64,000 nt of DNA from positions 20,545 through 84,544 of the forward strand of contig CBDEGW010000004.1 in the NCBI GenBank assembly GCA_965237935.1, given 5' to 3'. Each line of letters starts with the position of its first letter. Position 1 is the first letter of the stretch. Positions 37,556-46,667 of this stretch are shown here, in pieces. Source of the stretch: Dehalococcoidia bacterium (GTDB taxonomy: Bacteria > Chloroflexota > Dehalococcoidia > Lucifugimonadales > CBDEGW01). Under the pieces are notes generated by a model. The model ran no database searches. It was not told where the DNA came from and was given only the letters and a program-made list of their open reading frames with translations. A program made the translations under genes and the position numbers.

Positions 37556-38921
37556 GCTCCTGAGGTGGCACTAGCCAGGAGCCAGCCGAAGCCGGCCAAT
37601 TCGTTCCAGTATCCCACATAGCATTTCCCGGCTCACTAGCACTTCAGCAAGCTGAAACACCAGCCTTCTGGCATGGCGCACCAACCGTCCTACGGTCTTG
37701 ATCATCCTGGTCTGAAGACTGGTCAGCGACCAGTGCTTCATCGACTCCGGCAACACCAGCCTTCTCAAGAAGTTACCCAAGTTATAGGCCATGATGAACA
37801 GCCCCAGCCTGACCTGATTGGCCACGAACTTGTGGCAGGACAACCTCGTCCAGTTCAGGGCGTACTTTCCCTCTTTTATCCATTGCTCCGCCGTGCCTCG
37901 GCCGTTGTAGAAGCGGACTATCCCTATAGTTGGATAACTGAGGTTGGCAACTATGAAGCCCACTCTGGGAAACAGTTCTCCCTGGTGCCACTCCACCTTG
38001 GCCACCACCCTTCGGGATACATTCCAGCTCTGGGCCTGGTAAGTGAAACCGTGATACGAGACGATGGGCTTTGGGGAAGGCCCCTCAGTAGGCCGTGTCA
38101 GCAGGTGCGCTATCTTCCTCTGTAGCACTTCGTTTGCTGGCAGCCTGATGGCGTAGTCGATCTGTCTGGTCTCCAGATACTCGTATATCTCCGGCTTGGC
38201 GAAGGCGGCATCAGCGCGAAACAGCAGCCTGACTGCTGCTGTAAAATAACGCTCCACCACCGGATCGAGGACTTCTTGCCAATCATCGGCACTGTGGACG
38301 TTGCCTGACCGTAGCTTCGCTCCTTCACAATCCCCGAACTGGTTGAACAGAAAGAGAGGATGATAGCAGACGCATTCGAAGTGGCCGTTATAGGCTGCGC
38401 CCTCCTGCTGACCGTGTACTGGACTCTCCGAACTATCCATATCCAGGATAACTCGCTGGTGTAGGGTGTGGGCCATCGCCCGTTCCACCCAACGGGTATT
38501 CATTCGTGCCAGCGCCTGCCGGTTGTCCTCTTGGGTCAGGAACTCCGTCTCGAACCGGCCCATCTCGCTGGTGCTGACTCCCTTCCGCTCCGAGCCTTGC
38601 CATCCCACGATCACTCGCATGGCTGGGTCTTGGGAAAGGCGCACTGCGTCATTGGTATCGTCGTAGCCAGCTAGGCGGCTGTAGATCGACTGTCTTAGCA
38701 GCGGAACCAGGTGGTGGAGGATATTGCGTCCGGTACGGCTTTCCTGGAGGTAGTCCCCAGCGATTTCGGTAAGGCCCAAGGCATCATCAAACTCTCGAAA
38801 AGCAAGAAGACCGGCGTCGGTGGTGATGGTGGCACCGTGAAATGCCAGGCGGACTTTGGGGTTGAACTGGAGCCGGAGAGAGGCCTTTTCGCCGTCACCC
38901 ATGGGGTGCCTCCAGGAGGCT
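37556..38921 (-). mobile_element. Second IS1380-family element (boundaries tentative)
   Basis: Left end inferred from where similarity to the truncated copy at 34430 begins (GCTCCTGAGGTGGCAC). The right end GTGCCTCCAGGAGGC (38906-38920) is an imperfect inverted match and contains the transposase Shine-Dalgarno. Confidence 0.4.
37571..38902 (-). CDS. IS1380-family transposase (different subgroup from 36024-37349)
   Basis: 443 aa. ITTDAGLLAFREFDDALGL...DMDSSESPVHG...YHPLFLFN...RADAAFA...RFYNGRGTAEQWIKEGK. Confidence 0.88.
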   Translation of the reverse strand: MGDGEKASLRLQFNPKVRLAFHGATITTDAGLLAFREFDDALGLTEIAGDYLQESRTGRNILHHLVPLLRQSIYSRLAGYDDTNDAVRLSQDPAMRVIVGWQGSERKGVSTSEMGRFETEFLTQEDNRQALARMNTRWVERAMAHTLHQRVILDMDSSESPVHGQQEGAAYNGHFECVCYHPLFLFNQFGDCEGAKLRSGNVHSADDWQEVLDPVVERYFTAAVRLLFRADAAFAKPEIYEYLETRQIDYAIRLPANEVLQRKIAHLLTRPTEGPSPKPIVSYHGFTYQAQSWNVSRRVVAKVEWHQGELFPRVGFIVANLSYPTIGIVRFYNGRGTAEQWIKEGKYALNWTRLSCHKFVANQVRLGLFIMAYNLGNFLRRLVLPESMKHWSLTSLQTRMIKTVGRLVRHARRLVFQLAEVLVSREMLCGILERIGRLRLAPG

Positions 38922-39010
38922 TACGCTACCTATATAAAACTCGCCAAGCTATGGGGTAATTATAGCCATACCGACGGCCAACGTCTCACAAATGGACAAT
39001 GGTTTAAAGA

Positions 39011-39700
39011 ATGCCGACGATTTACTCAGAGGGATATTCAGCCATATGGGAAATGTGGGCTGAACTGACCCACGCTCCCCGCTACAACATCGCCCCCACG
39101 CAGATGGCACTCGCCGTGACCAACGGCAGCGAAAGGCGCGGCTCCTACATGCGCTGGGGCCTGATACCTTCCTGGGCCAAGAGCGCATCGGTGGGCAGCC
39201 GGATGATAAACGCCCGCGCTGAGATGGTCGCCGAGAGACCCAGCTTCCGAACTGCGTTGCAGAGACGACGGTGCCTGGTCCTCGCCGATGGGTTCTACGA
39301 GTGGAAGGGGAAAGGCTCCGGCAAGAGACCCATGCGGATCGTGATGGCGTCGGGCGAGCCCTTCGCCTTCGCTGGGCTGTGGGACGCGTGGCGGGATCCG
39401 AAGGGCGAGGTTCTCCGCTCCTGTACCATCATCACCACGTCGGCCAACGAGCTGCTCAGTCCCATCCACGACCGGATGCCGGTCATCCTGCCAAGGGAGT
39501 TGGAGTCCCTGTGGCTGGACCATGATATCCGGGACTACGCCGCCCTTGGTGGAATCCTGACACCTTACATCACCGACGAGATGGAGGCATACGAAGTCTC
39601 CTCCCTGGTCAACAGCCCCGCCAACAACGGACCAGAAATGGTCGTTCCTGTAGGGCAGGTCAGGCCGTGCGACGGCCCTGCTCTGATGATACCGTTATGA
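39011..39700 (+). pseudogene. SRAP/YedK-family (SOS-response-associated peptidase) gene with frameshifted N-terminus, so the catalytic Cys2 is lost from the ORF
   Basis: The body is clearly SRAP (PRYNIAPTQ...MRWGLIPSWAK...INARAEMVAERPSFR...CLVLADGFYEW...FAFAGLWD...CTIITT...IHDRMPVIL). The predicted N-terminus is MPTIYSEG, whereas the overlapping frame reads E-CRRFTQRDIQ (39009-), the canonical MCGRF-type start without its ATG. Confidence 0.65.
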
Positions 39701-39710
39701 GGGAGATTTC

Positions 39711-40151
39711 GTGACGTTGGCTCTCACCAAAGGCCACCCCGTGGTGACGGCTGGACTGGCCGCTATCACAGGCGCGGGTGTCGAATTGGGCTTCACGGTG
39801 CTTGATAGCATCACGAGCACCTGGCTTCTCATCCTTGCCACGGCAATCCCGCTAGCAGTGTCGTCCCCCTTCGTTGCAGGTTGGTTGTCGCCAGAGCTAA
39901 AGCATGCCTGGTTCTTCCCGGTCGGCGTACTGGCGAGCCTCTCCATCGCGACGGCCATCTATGGGAACCTCTCTCTAGATTCCCACCCCGTCGCGTTCGT
40001 CTTCGCCCTCACCCTGATCTATGGCGGAGCGGCATCCTTGGCATTCTGTGTGGGCTGGATAGCGAGGCAGTACCTCCGCCGGTTACGAGGACACAGGTTA
40101 CCCGTGAGCCACCTTGCCGTTGCGTCGTTGTGGCTGCTTGCTGCTCGATAG
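39711..40151 (+). CDS. Hypothetical membrane protein
   Basis: 146 aa with four hydrophobic spans. GTG start. No motif recognised. Confidence 0.45.
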   Translation: MTLALTKGHPVVTAGLAAITGAGVELGFTVLDSITSTWLLILATAIPLAVSSPFVAGWLSPELKHAWFFPVGVLASLSIATAIYGNLSLDSHPVAFVFALTLIYGGAASLAFCVGWIARQYLRRLRGHRLPVSHLAVASLWLLAAR

Positions 40152-40476
40152 CCCAAGTGCGCTCTTCATCGCCATACCGCTTGGTTCATCGCCTCCACCA
40201 CACGCCCCGTACTGGTCCGCCAACCTGGCGCCGATTGGATTGATAGGGGTCGCTGCGGGGTCTGCGATCATCTGGAGCGACCGTAACAGGGGGCGTTGGG
40301 GTTTTCTGGGGCTGGGACTGTCCTTGCTGTACCTGGGGGCATCCCTTGCTCCGCCGGTATTCCTGACAACTGCGCACTGGTATGGGCCTGTCGCGCTGGT
40401 CCTTGTAGGGCTTGCGGTATGGAACGTTCTCAGATGGAGGCAAGGCGACGAAAGAGCAGCGTTGGGTGATTCGTAG
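40114..40476 (+). CDS. Hypothetical membrane protein (start uncertain)
   Basis: 120 aa with three hydrophobic spans. Overlaps the previous ORF by 38 nt. Confidence 0.4.
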   Translation: MPLRRCGCLLLDSPSALFIAIPLGSSPPPHAPYWSANLAPIGLIGVAAGSAIIWSDRNRGRWGFLGLGLSLLYLGASLAPPVFLTTAHWYGPVALVLVGLAVWNVLRWRQGDERAALGDS

Positions 40477-40479
40477 TCG

Positions 40480-40923
40480 ATGACAGTATTACTGTGGCTT
40501 CTCGCAATGATCCCGCCTGCCGCGTTATTCCTGATCGCAGGAATCTGGGAGGTCAGGATGAAGTACGGTGGTGTGCGTCACGTGTTCGGCGAGGCAGCGG
40601 ATCCCGTCAAGCCGGAAGGACCGATATGTATGCTCTGTTCCCCAGGAAGGTTGCCAGCTAAGTCCGGTCATCACCTGAGCCGACACCACCAGATCACTTC
40701 CGTGAGGGAACGCTTTATTGATTTGAAGCGTACTATCAAGTATGGGCTCAAGCGAACAATCCAGGATCGTTGGCATCGCGCGGGCTTCGTTGCTATCGGG
40801 GAACTTTTGCTTGAGCCGATACGTCCTATTCAATGTAGGACCACTCCCACGCAATGGGTGAGCGGTGCGTCAGGGCAGAGGACTTTCCTGCTGCGACTCA
40901 ATTTTCTCAGAGGAATAGGATGA
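40480..40923 (+). CDS. Hypothetical protein with one N-terminal TM span
   Basis: 147 aa. MTVLLWLLAMIPPAALFLIAGIW, then a basic soluble part. No motif recognised. Confidence 0.35.
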   Translation: MTVLLWLLAMIPPAALFLIAGIWEVRMKYGGVRHVFGEAADPVKPEGPICMLCSPGRLPAKSGHHLSRHHQITSVRERFIDLKRTIKYGLKRTIQDRWHRAGFVAIGELLLEPIRPIQCRTTPTQWVSGASGQRTFLLRLNFLRGIG

Positions 40924-41040
40924 TTATTCGATGAGGCTTCAAGGCAGGGAACAGGAATGAAACGGGGGCTCCGAGTCTGGACGCGTACTTGCCTTCTTTG
41001 ATCCACCCGCACGATCATAGGAGGACTGGTAGTTCTCCTA

Positions 41041-42621
41041 ATGGTGGCCGTGGCAGGATGTGCCGACGCTGAGCCTAAATCTACGGGAGTGCCCCGCGTT
41101 CCCACATCAGCACAAGTCGCGACTCCTTCGCCTTCACTTACTGCACCTCCGTCGCCGATGCCTGTCGACGCTACGGACGTAGAGGTCGTCTACGCGTCCC
41201 GTGAGCGCCAATCCCCATTTCTGTTCCCGGGGGACTACGACCCCCTATGGGGAGACCTGGACGCCGATGTACCGATAATCGAAGAGTTGCTCAACTCTAT
41301 AGTGATGGGCACGCCTGTGGACCTCAAGGCAGGCACCGGAGCGTCGAAGCGCGAAATAGTGACGATAAAAACGGGATGGGGAGGGGAAGAGGTAGAAATT
41401 GAGGCATTTGATGGAAGAACCTGGCTTTCGGACCGCAGCATGGCAATTAACATCGCGTTTCGGGACAGGACGATCTGGTCTGTCCGGCCAGTGATAGGAT
41501 GCGATGTCATATCAGAAGGACGAGTTACCAATTGCCTGGCTGTGCCGGACCATTGGGAGCTGCTCCACCGCAACGGGGTGGTCGTGTCGACGGCGCTGAC
41601 GGAGTGGTTCGAGCGCGTCGAAGAATACATGCCCAGTGTCGAACACTACGGCGTGCCCGACCAGATACGCCTGGGTGAGCCGTTCGCCATCTCCGGGGCG
41701 GGCTATCACGAAGGCGATAGAGTCGAACTGAGCATTGAGTTCATAGATCAGAGTAAGCTGCCTCTCGGCGAGGTGCCGCTGGACCATGGCGCCTTCCGTT
41801 GGAACGGGGAGTTCCCGAAGACGGCCCCCACTGGCTACGCCATCGTTTCCATGCGGGTCTTCGAGGGCGCGGAAGAGGTGGGGGGCTTGACCGTGTCAAC
41901 CACCGTCACAGGATCGACTGCCGCGGGTGCCACGACTCCATCACCCACGCCGGCACAGGCGGAATACAGCGCGGCCGATCTGGCTAGATGGTATGAGCGC
42001 TTAGTAGATGTCACCTGGAGGGTCCCAGGCATTGCGTGGACCGACCTAAACGAAGCTAGGAACCGCATTGAAATAGGCATATACCCACTGCGCGGGGCTC
42101 GTGAGGAATGGGAGGCTGCCCTGGCGACACTGGATGTCCCACGAGAAGCCATTGTCATCGAGGTTGGATGTGAGGGCATACACCCATGGCCTCTTGATCT
42201 CGGGGAACCTCCGGACGAGGCGTTCCTCAGAGCCGTCGACTATTCGCTGGAGGTTGTGCCCCAGGCCCCTTACGGAGAGACGGTGCGAATGAAGCTGACG
42301 TTGCGGAACGTCAGTGATGGGACGGTGAACTTAGTGCTCGGTGGCAGACCTCCCTATGACTTCGAGGTCTCGACGCCTGACGGAGAGCAGGTATGGAATT
42401 GGGAGTGCGGCAAGATTATCGACCAACCGCTGGATGGCAAAACTCTGGAACCCGGTGAGGAGCTGGAGTTCGTTGGCGAATGGGAGCAGGTGGACAACCG
42501 GGGAGAACCCGTCCCACCTGGGGTCTACTTGGTGCGTGGTGGATTGAATTTGGATCCGCCCAACGCGGGGCCGCCTGGCGTGGTTATTACGACGGCCGAG
42601 AAGGTGGAAGTGCTCAAGTGA
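41041..42621 (+). CDS. Lipoprotein with C-terminal BsuPI-like (intracellular proteinase inhibitor fold) domain; upstream signal-peptide codons interrupted by an in-frame TGA
   Basis: Lipobox VAVAGC. The C-terminal VRMKLTLRNVSDGTVNLVLGGRPPYDFEVSTPDGEQVWNWECGKIIDQPLDGKTLEPGEELEFVGEW...PVPPGVYLV follows the BsuPI pattern. An ATG at 40957 is in frame (MKRGLRVWTRTCLL-TGA-STRTIIGGLVVLLMVAVAGC). Confidence 0.65.
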   Translation: MVAVAGCADAEPKSTGVPRVPTSAQVATPSPSLTAPPSPMPVDATDVEVVYASRERQSPFLFPGDYDPLWGDLDADVPIIEELLNSIVMGTPVDLKAGTGASKREIVTIKTGWGGEEVEIEAFDGRTWLSDRSMAINIAFRDRTIWSVRPVIGCDVISEGRVTNCLAVPDHWELLHRNGVVVSTALTEWFERVEEYMPSVEHYGVPDQIRLGEPFAISGAGYHEGDRVELSIEFIDQSKLPLGEVPLDHGAFRWNGEFPKTAPTGYAIVSMRVFEGAEEVGGLTVSTTVTGSTAAGATTPSPTPAQAEYSAADLARWYERLVDVTWRVPGIAWTDLNEARNRIEIGIYPLRGAREEWEAALATLDVPREAIVIEVGCEGIHPWPLDLGEPPDEAFLRAVDYSLEVVPQAPYGETVRMKLTLRNVSDGTVNLVLGGRPPYDFEVSTPDGEQVWNWECGKIIDQPLDGKTLEPGEELEFVGEWEQVDNRGEPVPPGVYLVRGGLNLDPPNAGPPGVVITTAEKVEVLK

Positions 42622-44447
42622 GATACGCCGCTCTTATCGGAGCGCTGGTCATTGGTCTGCTCTTTGTAGCCGCCTGCAGAGGCGTGGAATCGACCCCCAC
42701 CGCTACAACGACTCAGGATTTGCCAGGTCCCGGCGCCCAGGTCCAGCAGGTGCCCCCACCTACGGCCACTCCATCTCCAAAGTTCCCGGGCTCGATCACA
42801 CCGGCGCCAGCCTCCGAGAGCTTCAGGCTGGACCTGGGCGGTGGCGTAGTGGTGGCCTTCGTGGAGGGATTGTCGCCGAAGTTCTCAGGCAAGGTCGCCT
42901 ACGTGACCCACGTTCCCACCGGGTCCCAGTTGGTGTTGGACCCCGAGGGGGAAATCATCGACCGACACGATGGGAGAGACGACGGACCCGACCGCCTGGA
43001 CGCCGTGCTGGCGGATCAGGCCACCGTGGATCGAATCGTGGAGGGTCTCCAGGGCGATGATGACCTGCGGCCCCGCGAGACGCTCGCCGAGTGGGCGAAC
43101 TCCGTCCAGTTCGGCGGCATCACCTACCTGGCCAAAGGCAGTTTGGGTGGACCCATCATCACCGAGGGAGAGCGTGCCCTAACTATTGAAGACCTGGGCT
43201 CTGAGATATACCGGGTCGCCTTCAGGATCGAAGGTTACAGCGGCTACTCTCATCAGGACGGCGATGCCACCTACCTGAACCCTGGAACACCAATCCACGC
43301 CGTCAAGGGCTACTCGCCGGAGTTCCGACTCGCTGCATTGGAGGACGGTACGCCTAGGTTGTTCGAGGCCGACACACATCCCGAGGCGGAGAGTGGCGAG
43401 GCCTTGCTGGACATTCGAGGCAAGGTCACGTCCATCGACGTCCTCAGCACCAAGAACTCGATTAAGGTGCTCGGCACGAAAGTGGAAAATGGGGAAGATG
43501 TGGTCCTCGGCAAGATAGAGGAAGAACGCGCCGTCAAGCGCTTCGTCGAATTAGTGCTTGAGTCGCCGATAGACCAGGGGCGTCGCGACCATGAGGGGCC
43601 GCGCTATTTTCTCTACTTTAGGCTCGCCGACGGCACGTCCGTCGTGCGGGCCTTCTGGCTGGAGTCGGGTGAGATCTCGCGGGGAATCATGACAGACCCT
43701 GCCGCGACCCTCTCTGTATGGCGCGCACTGGGCGAGGACAACCGGCCATTAGCGACCAACGGCGGGCCGAGAATCTCCGAACGGTTGGCCGCTCGGTTGG
43801 GCCTGGCATACCTGAGCTTCGCCGTCCCCGAGATCGATGTTACCGGCAAGCCCCACTCGCCGGTTGTCCGGCTGATGCGCAGGAGCGAGTTCGAGGCCAT
43901 GAGAGGGTCGGCGCCAGCGATGCCCTCAGACCCATTGGTCTGGGTGGTCGAAGCCCAGGGTTCGTGGCGCACCGGTGGCATCACACCCGAGGAAGCGAGG
44001 CAGGACCTATCCGTCGGGCTGGTGGTGTTTGATGCCGACACAGGGGCGGACTATGGCGGGAGCCACGGGAACACGTCACTATTGGGAACGGACGCCCCAC
44101 TCATTACACTTACATCAACGCCAACACCCGCGCCAATGCCCACGCGGGAGCGGGATCGCCATGAGGAACCACCACAGGGACCGGGCGTGGAAATTGGGAC
44201 AGGCTACCCATACACGTTATACGTCCACTGCGGTATTCGCGACGCTCGTTTCGATGGGCGACTCTGGATGGCCGATCCCATGCTGAGCGACGGTAGCGGC
44301 AATCCGCCGCTGGATTGGGCTGCTGCCGATAGTCGCGGCAAAATGAAGCTAGTGAGAGATGACCTGGCGGTATTCACGGCCGAAAGCGGCCGAATTATCG
44401 AGTTCAAACCATGGCCATTGGATGTCGAATGGAGGCCATGCTTCTAG
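42619..44447 (+). CDS. Lipoprotein, function unknown
   Basis: The GTG at 42619 overlaps the previous stop (GTGA). Signal and lipobox (M)RYAALIGALVIGLLFVAAC, then a Thr/Pro linker. The track ORF start at 42480 is rejected. Confidence 0.62.
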
Positions 44448-44467
44448 TGCATCGTGGAAATAGGATC

Positions 44468-45721
44468 ATGTCACCCCTGATCCCCAGCATCCTTGGGTTA
44501 GCGGTGCTTGTACTGGCCGCCTGCTCCACCGCCGCGCCATTGGCTACGCCAACTGCTCCAAGCGAGGTGGGATGGGGAGATGGGACGGGGACAGTATTGC
44601 CGAGCGGGACCCTTCAGTTGTTTCCAAGTGCCCAGCCGTCCCCAGATTGGACGTTGGTGGAGGCGCCGGGCTGGGCCTATGTGCCTGGCTTCTCGCTGCG
44701 CCTGCCGCTTGGCTGGGAGCTGAACGAGCTTCAAGGCATCGACTCCTACGTGGGGGAGGTGGTTGGCGACAACGTACGACTCGAGTTTGACTACGGCGCC
44801 CACTCGTGGACCTTGGACCCGGCCGAGGATCCGGAGCGCGTGTATGCAGTGGCCTATGAGGGCATCGGAGGCGTTGAAGCGAAGCTGGTCATCCCCACGG
44901 GCGACTCCGGCGGGTACACCGGCATCTATTTCGAGAACTTGGGAGGCCAGTCGTTCAATCTTTTGGGGCAAGACCTGACGCCAGAGCAACAGCAGACGGC
45001 CTTCGCCATATTCAGGAGCATTCGCAGTCTCGGCCAATCAGGCTCCACTAAGGACCCTGATGAAGTAACGCTCGAAGGGCCGGGTGTTATCAGACACGAT
45101 TGGGATCACGCTCCCCTCATCAATGGTGTTCGTAATATCATTCAGGGGACTCGTGTGGACGGCGTGTGTGTTTACACATACAGGATGTTTAGGGGTCCCA
45201 ACGATCCACCCAAGATTCGAAGGACGCTGGCCTCCAACCCAGATACGTGTGAAGAGCTTGTCGAAGAAGGGACATTGGCTTACCCAGCAGGCAACGAACC
45301 GGAAGATGCAGCTATGGAATCAGTTACCGCCATACCCAGAGACCAGGCTACGTCTCTTGGAGTGGAGTTGGTAGCTATTGATAGCCATTGGGACAACAAC
45401 GGCATTGCTCTATGGTGGGAAGGTATTGACATAGAGGTTTCTCATTGGATTGTGGAGCGATCTACCGATGCAGACGGGCCGTGGGAAGTGGTAACAATTA
45501 GAACGCCTAGCGAGCTGCTGCCTGAAGATGATCCTCTCAAGTATGCGAGAGTCTGGGACTCCAAGCTACCTCCCGGCCACCACTACTATTACCGACTTTT
45601 TGCGTGCACTGATGAAGGTAGAACTGGCTACTCAAATGTGGTTGAAGCGACCGTGCCCGACTTCATGCCTGGCTTGGTACCGCCCATAAAGGAAAGAGTG
45701 AAATTGACCGCCCCCTGCTGA
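44468..45721 (+). CDS. Lipoprotein with C-terminal FN3-like domain
   Basis: MSPLIPSILGLAVLVLAACST lipobox. The C-terminal IALWWEGIDIEVSHWIVERSTDADGPWEVV...HYYYRLFACTDEGRTGYSNVVEATVP is an FN3-type pattern. Confidence 0.62.
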   Translation: MSPLIPSILGLAVLVLAACSTAAPLATPTAPSEVGWGDGTGTVLPSGTLQLFPSAQPSPDWTLVEAPGWAYVPGFSLRLPLGWELNELQGIDSYVGEVVGDNVRLEFDYGAHSWTLDPAEDPERVYAVAYEGIGGVEAKLVIPTGDSGGYTGIYFENLGGQSFNLLGQDLTPEQQQTAFAIFRSIRSLGQSGSTKDPDEVTLEGPGVIRHDWDHAPLINGVRNIIQGTRVDGVCVYTYRMFRGPNDPPKIRRTLASNPDTCEELVEEGTLAYPAGNEPEDAAMESVTAIPRDQATSLGVELVAIDSHWDNNGIALWWEGIDIEVSHWIVERSTDADGPWEVVTIRTPSELLPEDDPLKYARVWDSKLPPGHHYYYRLFACTDEGRTGYSNVVEATVPDFMPGLVPPIKERVKLTAPC

Positions 45722-45777
45722 AGAAAGCGAACTCTTCGCTACTGGCAATAGGTGGTTGCGTCTGGATGACTCACAGT

Positions 45778-45829
45778 CCCAGCCACATCTCGAAGATGGT
45801 ACTGCCTACGGTCCAATTAGGCCCACCAA
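45778..45829. repeat. Repeat family copy S2
   Basis: CCCAGCCACATCTCGAAGATGGTACTGCCTACGGTCCAATTAGGCCCACCAA aligns with the left arm plus loop of S1. Lies 57 nt after the stop of the preceding lipoprotein gene. The right arm is degenerate. Confidence 0.6.
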
Positions 45830-45946
45830 ACTACGCTATACGCCGCACTGAGGTGGGACATATCCCTCATAGCAGACTAGGGCTACACAATAAGACGACG
45901 ATAGCCATGAAGATGGAGCCCGTCACGAAGGGCTGCGTCGATACGC

Positions 45947-46564
45947 TTGCCGGAGGGCAATGACATGCGCGGAGACAGGTGGGGAATCGAAGGGCCGCCC
46001 GAAGAAGCGTACTCCCGCGTAACCAACCCGGAACGCTTCCAGCCTCTGCACGCCGCAGCGACGGAGTTGCTCGACCGGCTGGAGCGAGAGTTCGGGGTCG
46101 AGCGATTAGAGGGACACGATGCTGACGACGAACTGGGCAGGATAAGACTTGCGCGTCCTCCCATAAAACTCGTCCCGCATGATCCGCAAGCCGCGCCAAT
46201 CGTGGTGGCGTACACTGATTTTCCAGGGCTGCATTTGAGGTTCGGCTCCTGGCACACTGAACCATTCCCCGATTGTGGCTGCGACGCCTGCGACGAAACG
46301 GCCGACGGGTCGATTGAGAAAATGATCAGAATGGTGGAAGCCGTCGTCTCCGGCGGGTTCCGCGAGGCAATGCGAGTGCCTCCGCTGCTGGGGGATGGTT
46401 GGCAGGAAACAGAGTTCCGGCCTAACGATGGCCACGGCGGTCCCAGACGCTCTCGAGGCCGCGTCCCGCGCTCCCGCGCCCTCGAGATGACGGGGGGCGA
46501 ACGGCACGTGACGCTGGAGTGGAAGCCCTGGCCTCGACGCAACGCAGCCGCCGCGTCTCCCTAG
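45947..46564 (+). CDS. Hypothetical cytoplasmic protein with CGCDACDE motif
   Basis: 205 aa with no signal peptide. HTEPFPDCGCDACDETADGSIEKMIRMVEAV. I vaguely associate this motif with a DUF family. Not verified. Confidence 0.5.
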   Translation: MPEGNDMRGDRWGIEGPPEEAYSRVTNPERFQPLHAAATELLDRLEREFGVERLEGHDADDELGRIRLARPPIKLVPHDPQAAPIVVAYTDFPGLHLRFGSWHTEPFPDCGCDACDETADGSIEKMIRMVEAVVSGGFREAMRVPPLLGDGWQETEFRPNDGHGGPRRSRGRVPRSRALEMTGGERHVTLEWKPWPRRNAAAASP

Positions 46565-46667
46565 CGCTACTGAGGATGGTCGACTCTCCATAGCAGGCTC
46601 GTGCCGTGTTGAATTTGGAATCGCCGGAGAAGCTCGTAACCGAGGTCCAGAAGGTGGAGGTGGTCCA

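Noticed and set aside
40999-41001. In-frame TGA as evidence for an alternative genetic code or selenocysteine
   Set aside because: TGA clearly terminates many well-defined genes here (for example the CoxS-like gene at 10186-10188, the MogA-like gene at 4636-4638 and pspA at 18937-18939). Position 15 of a signal peptide is an implausible Sec site, and I see no obvious SECIS-like hairpin immediately downstream.
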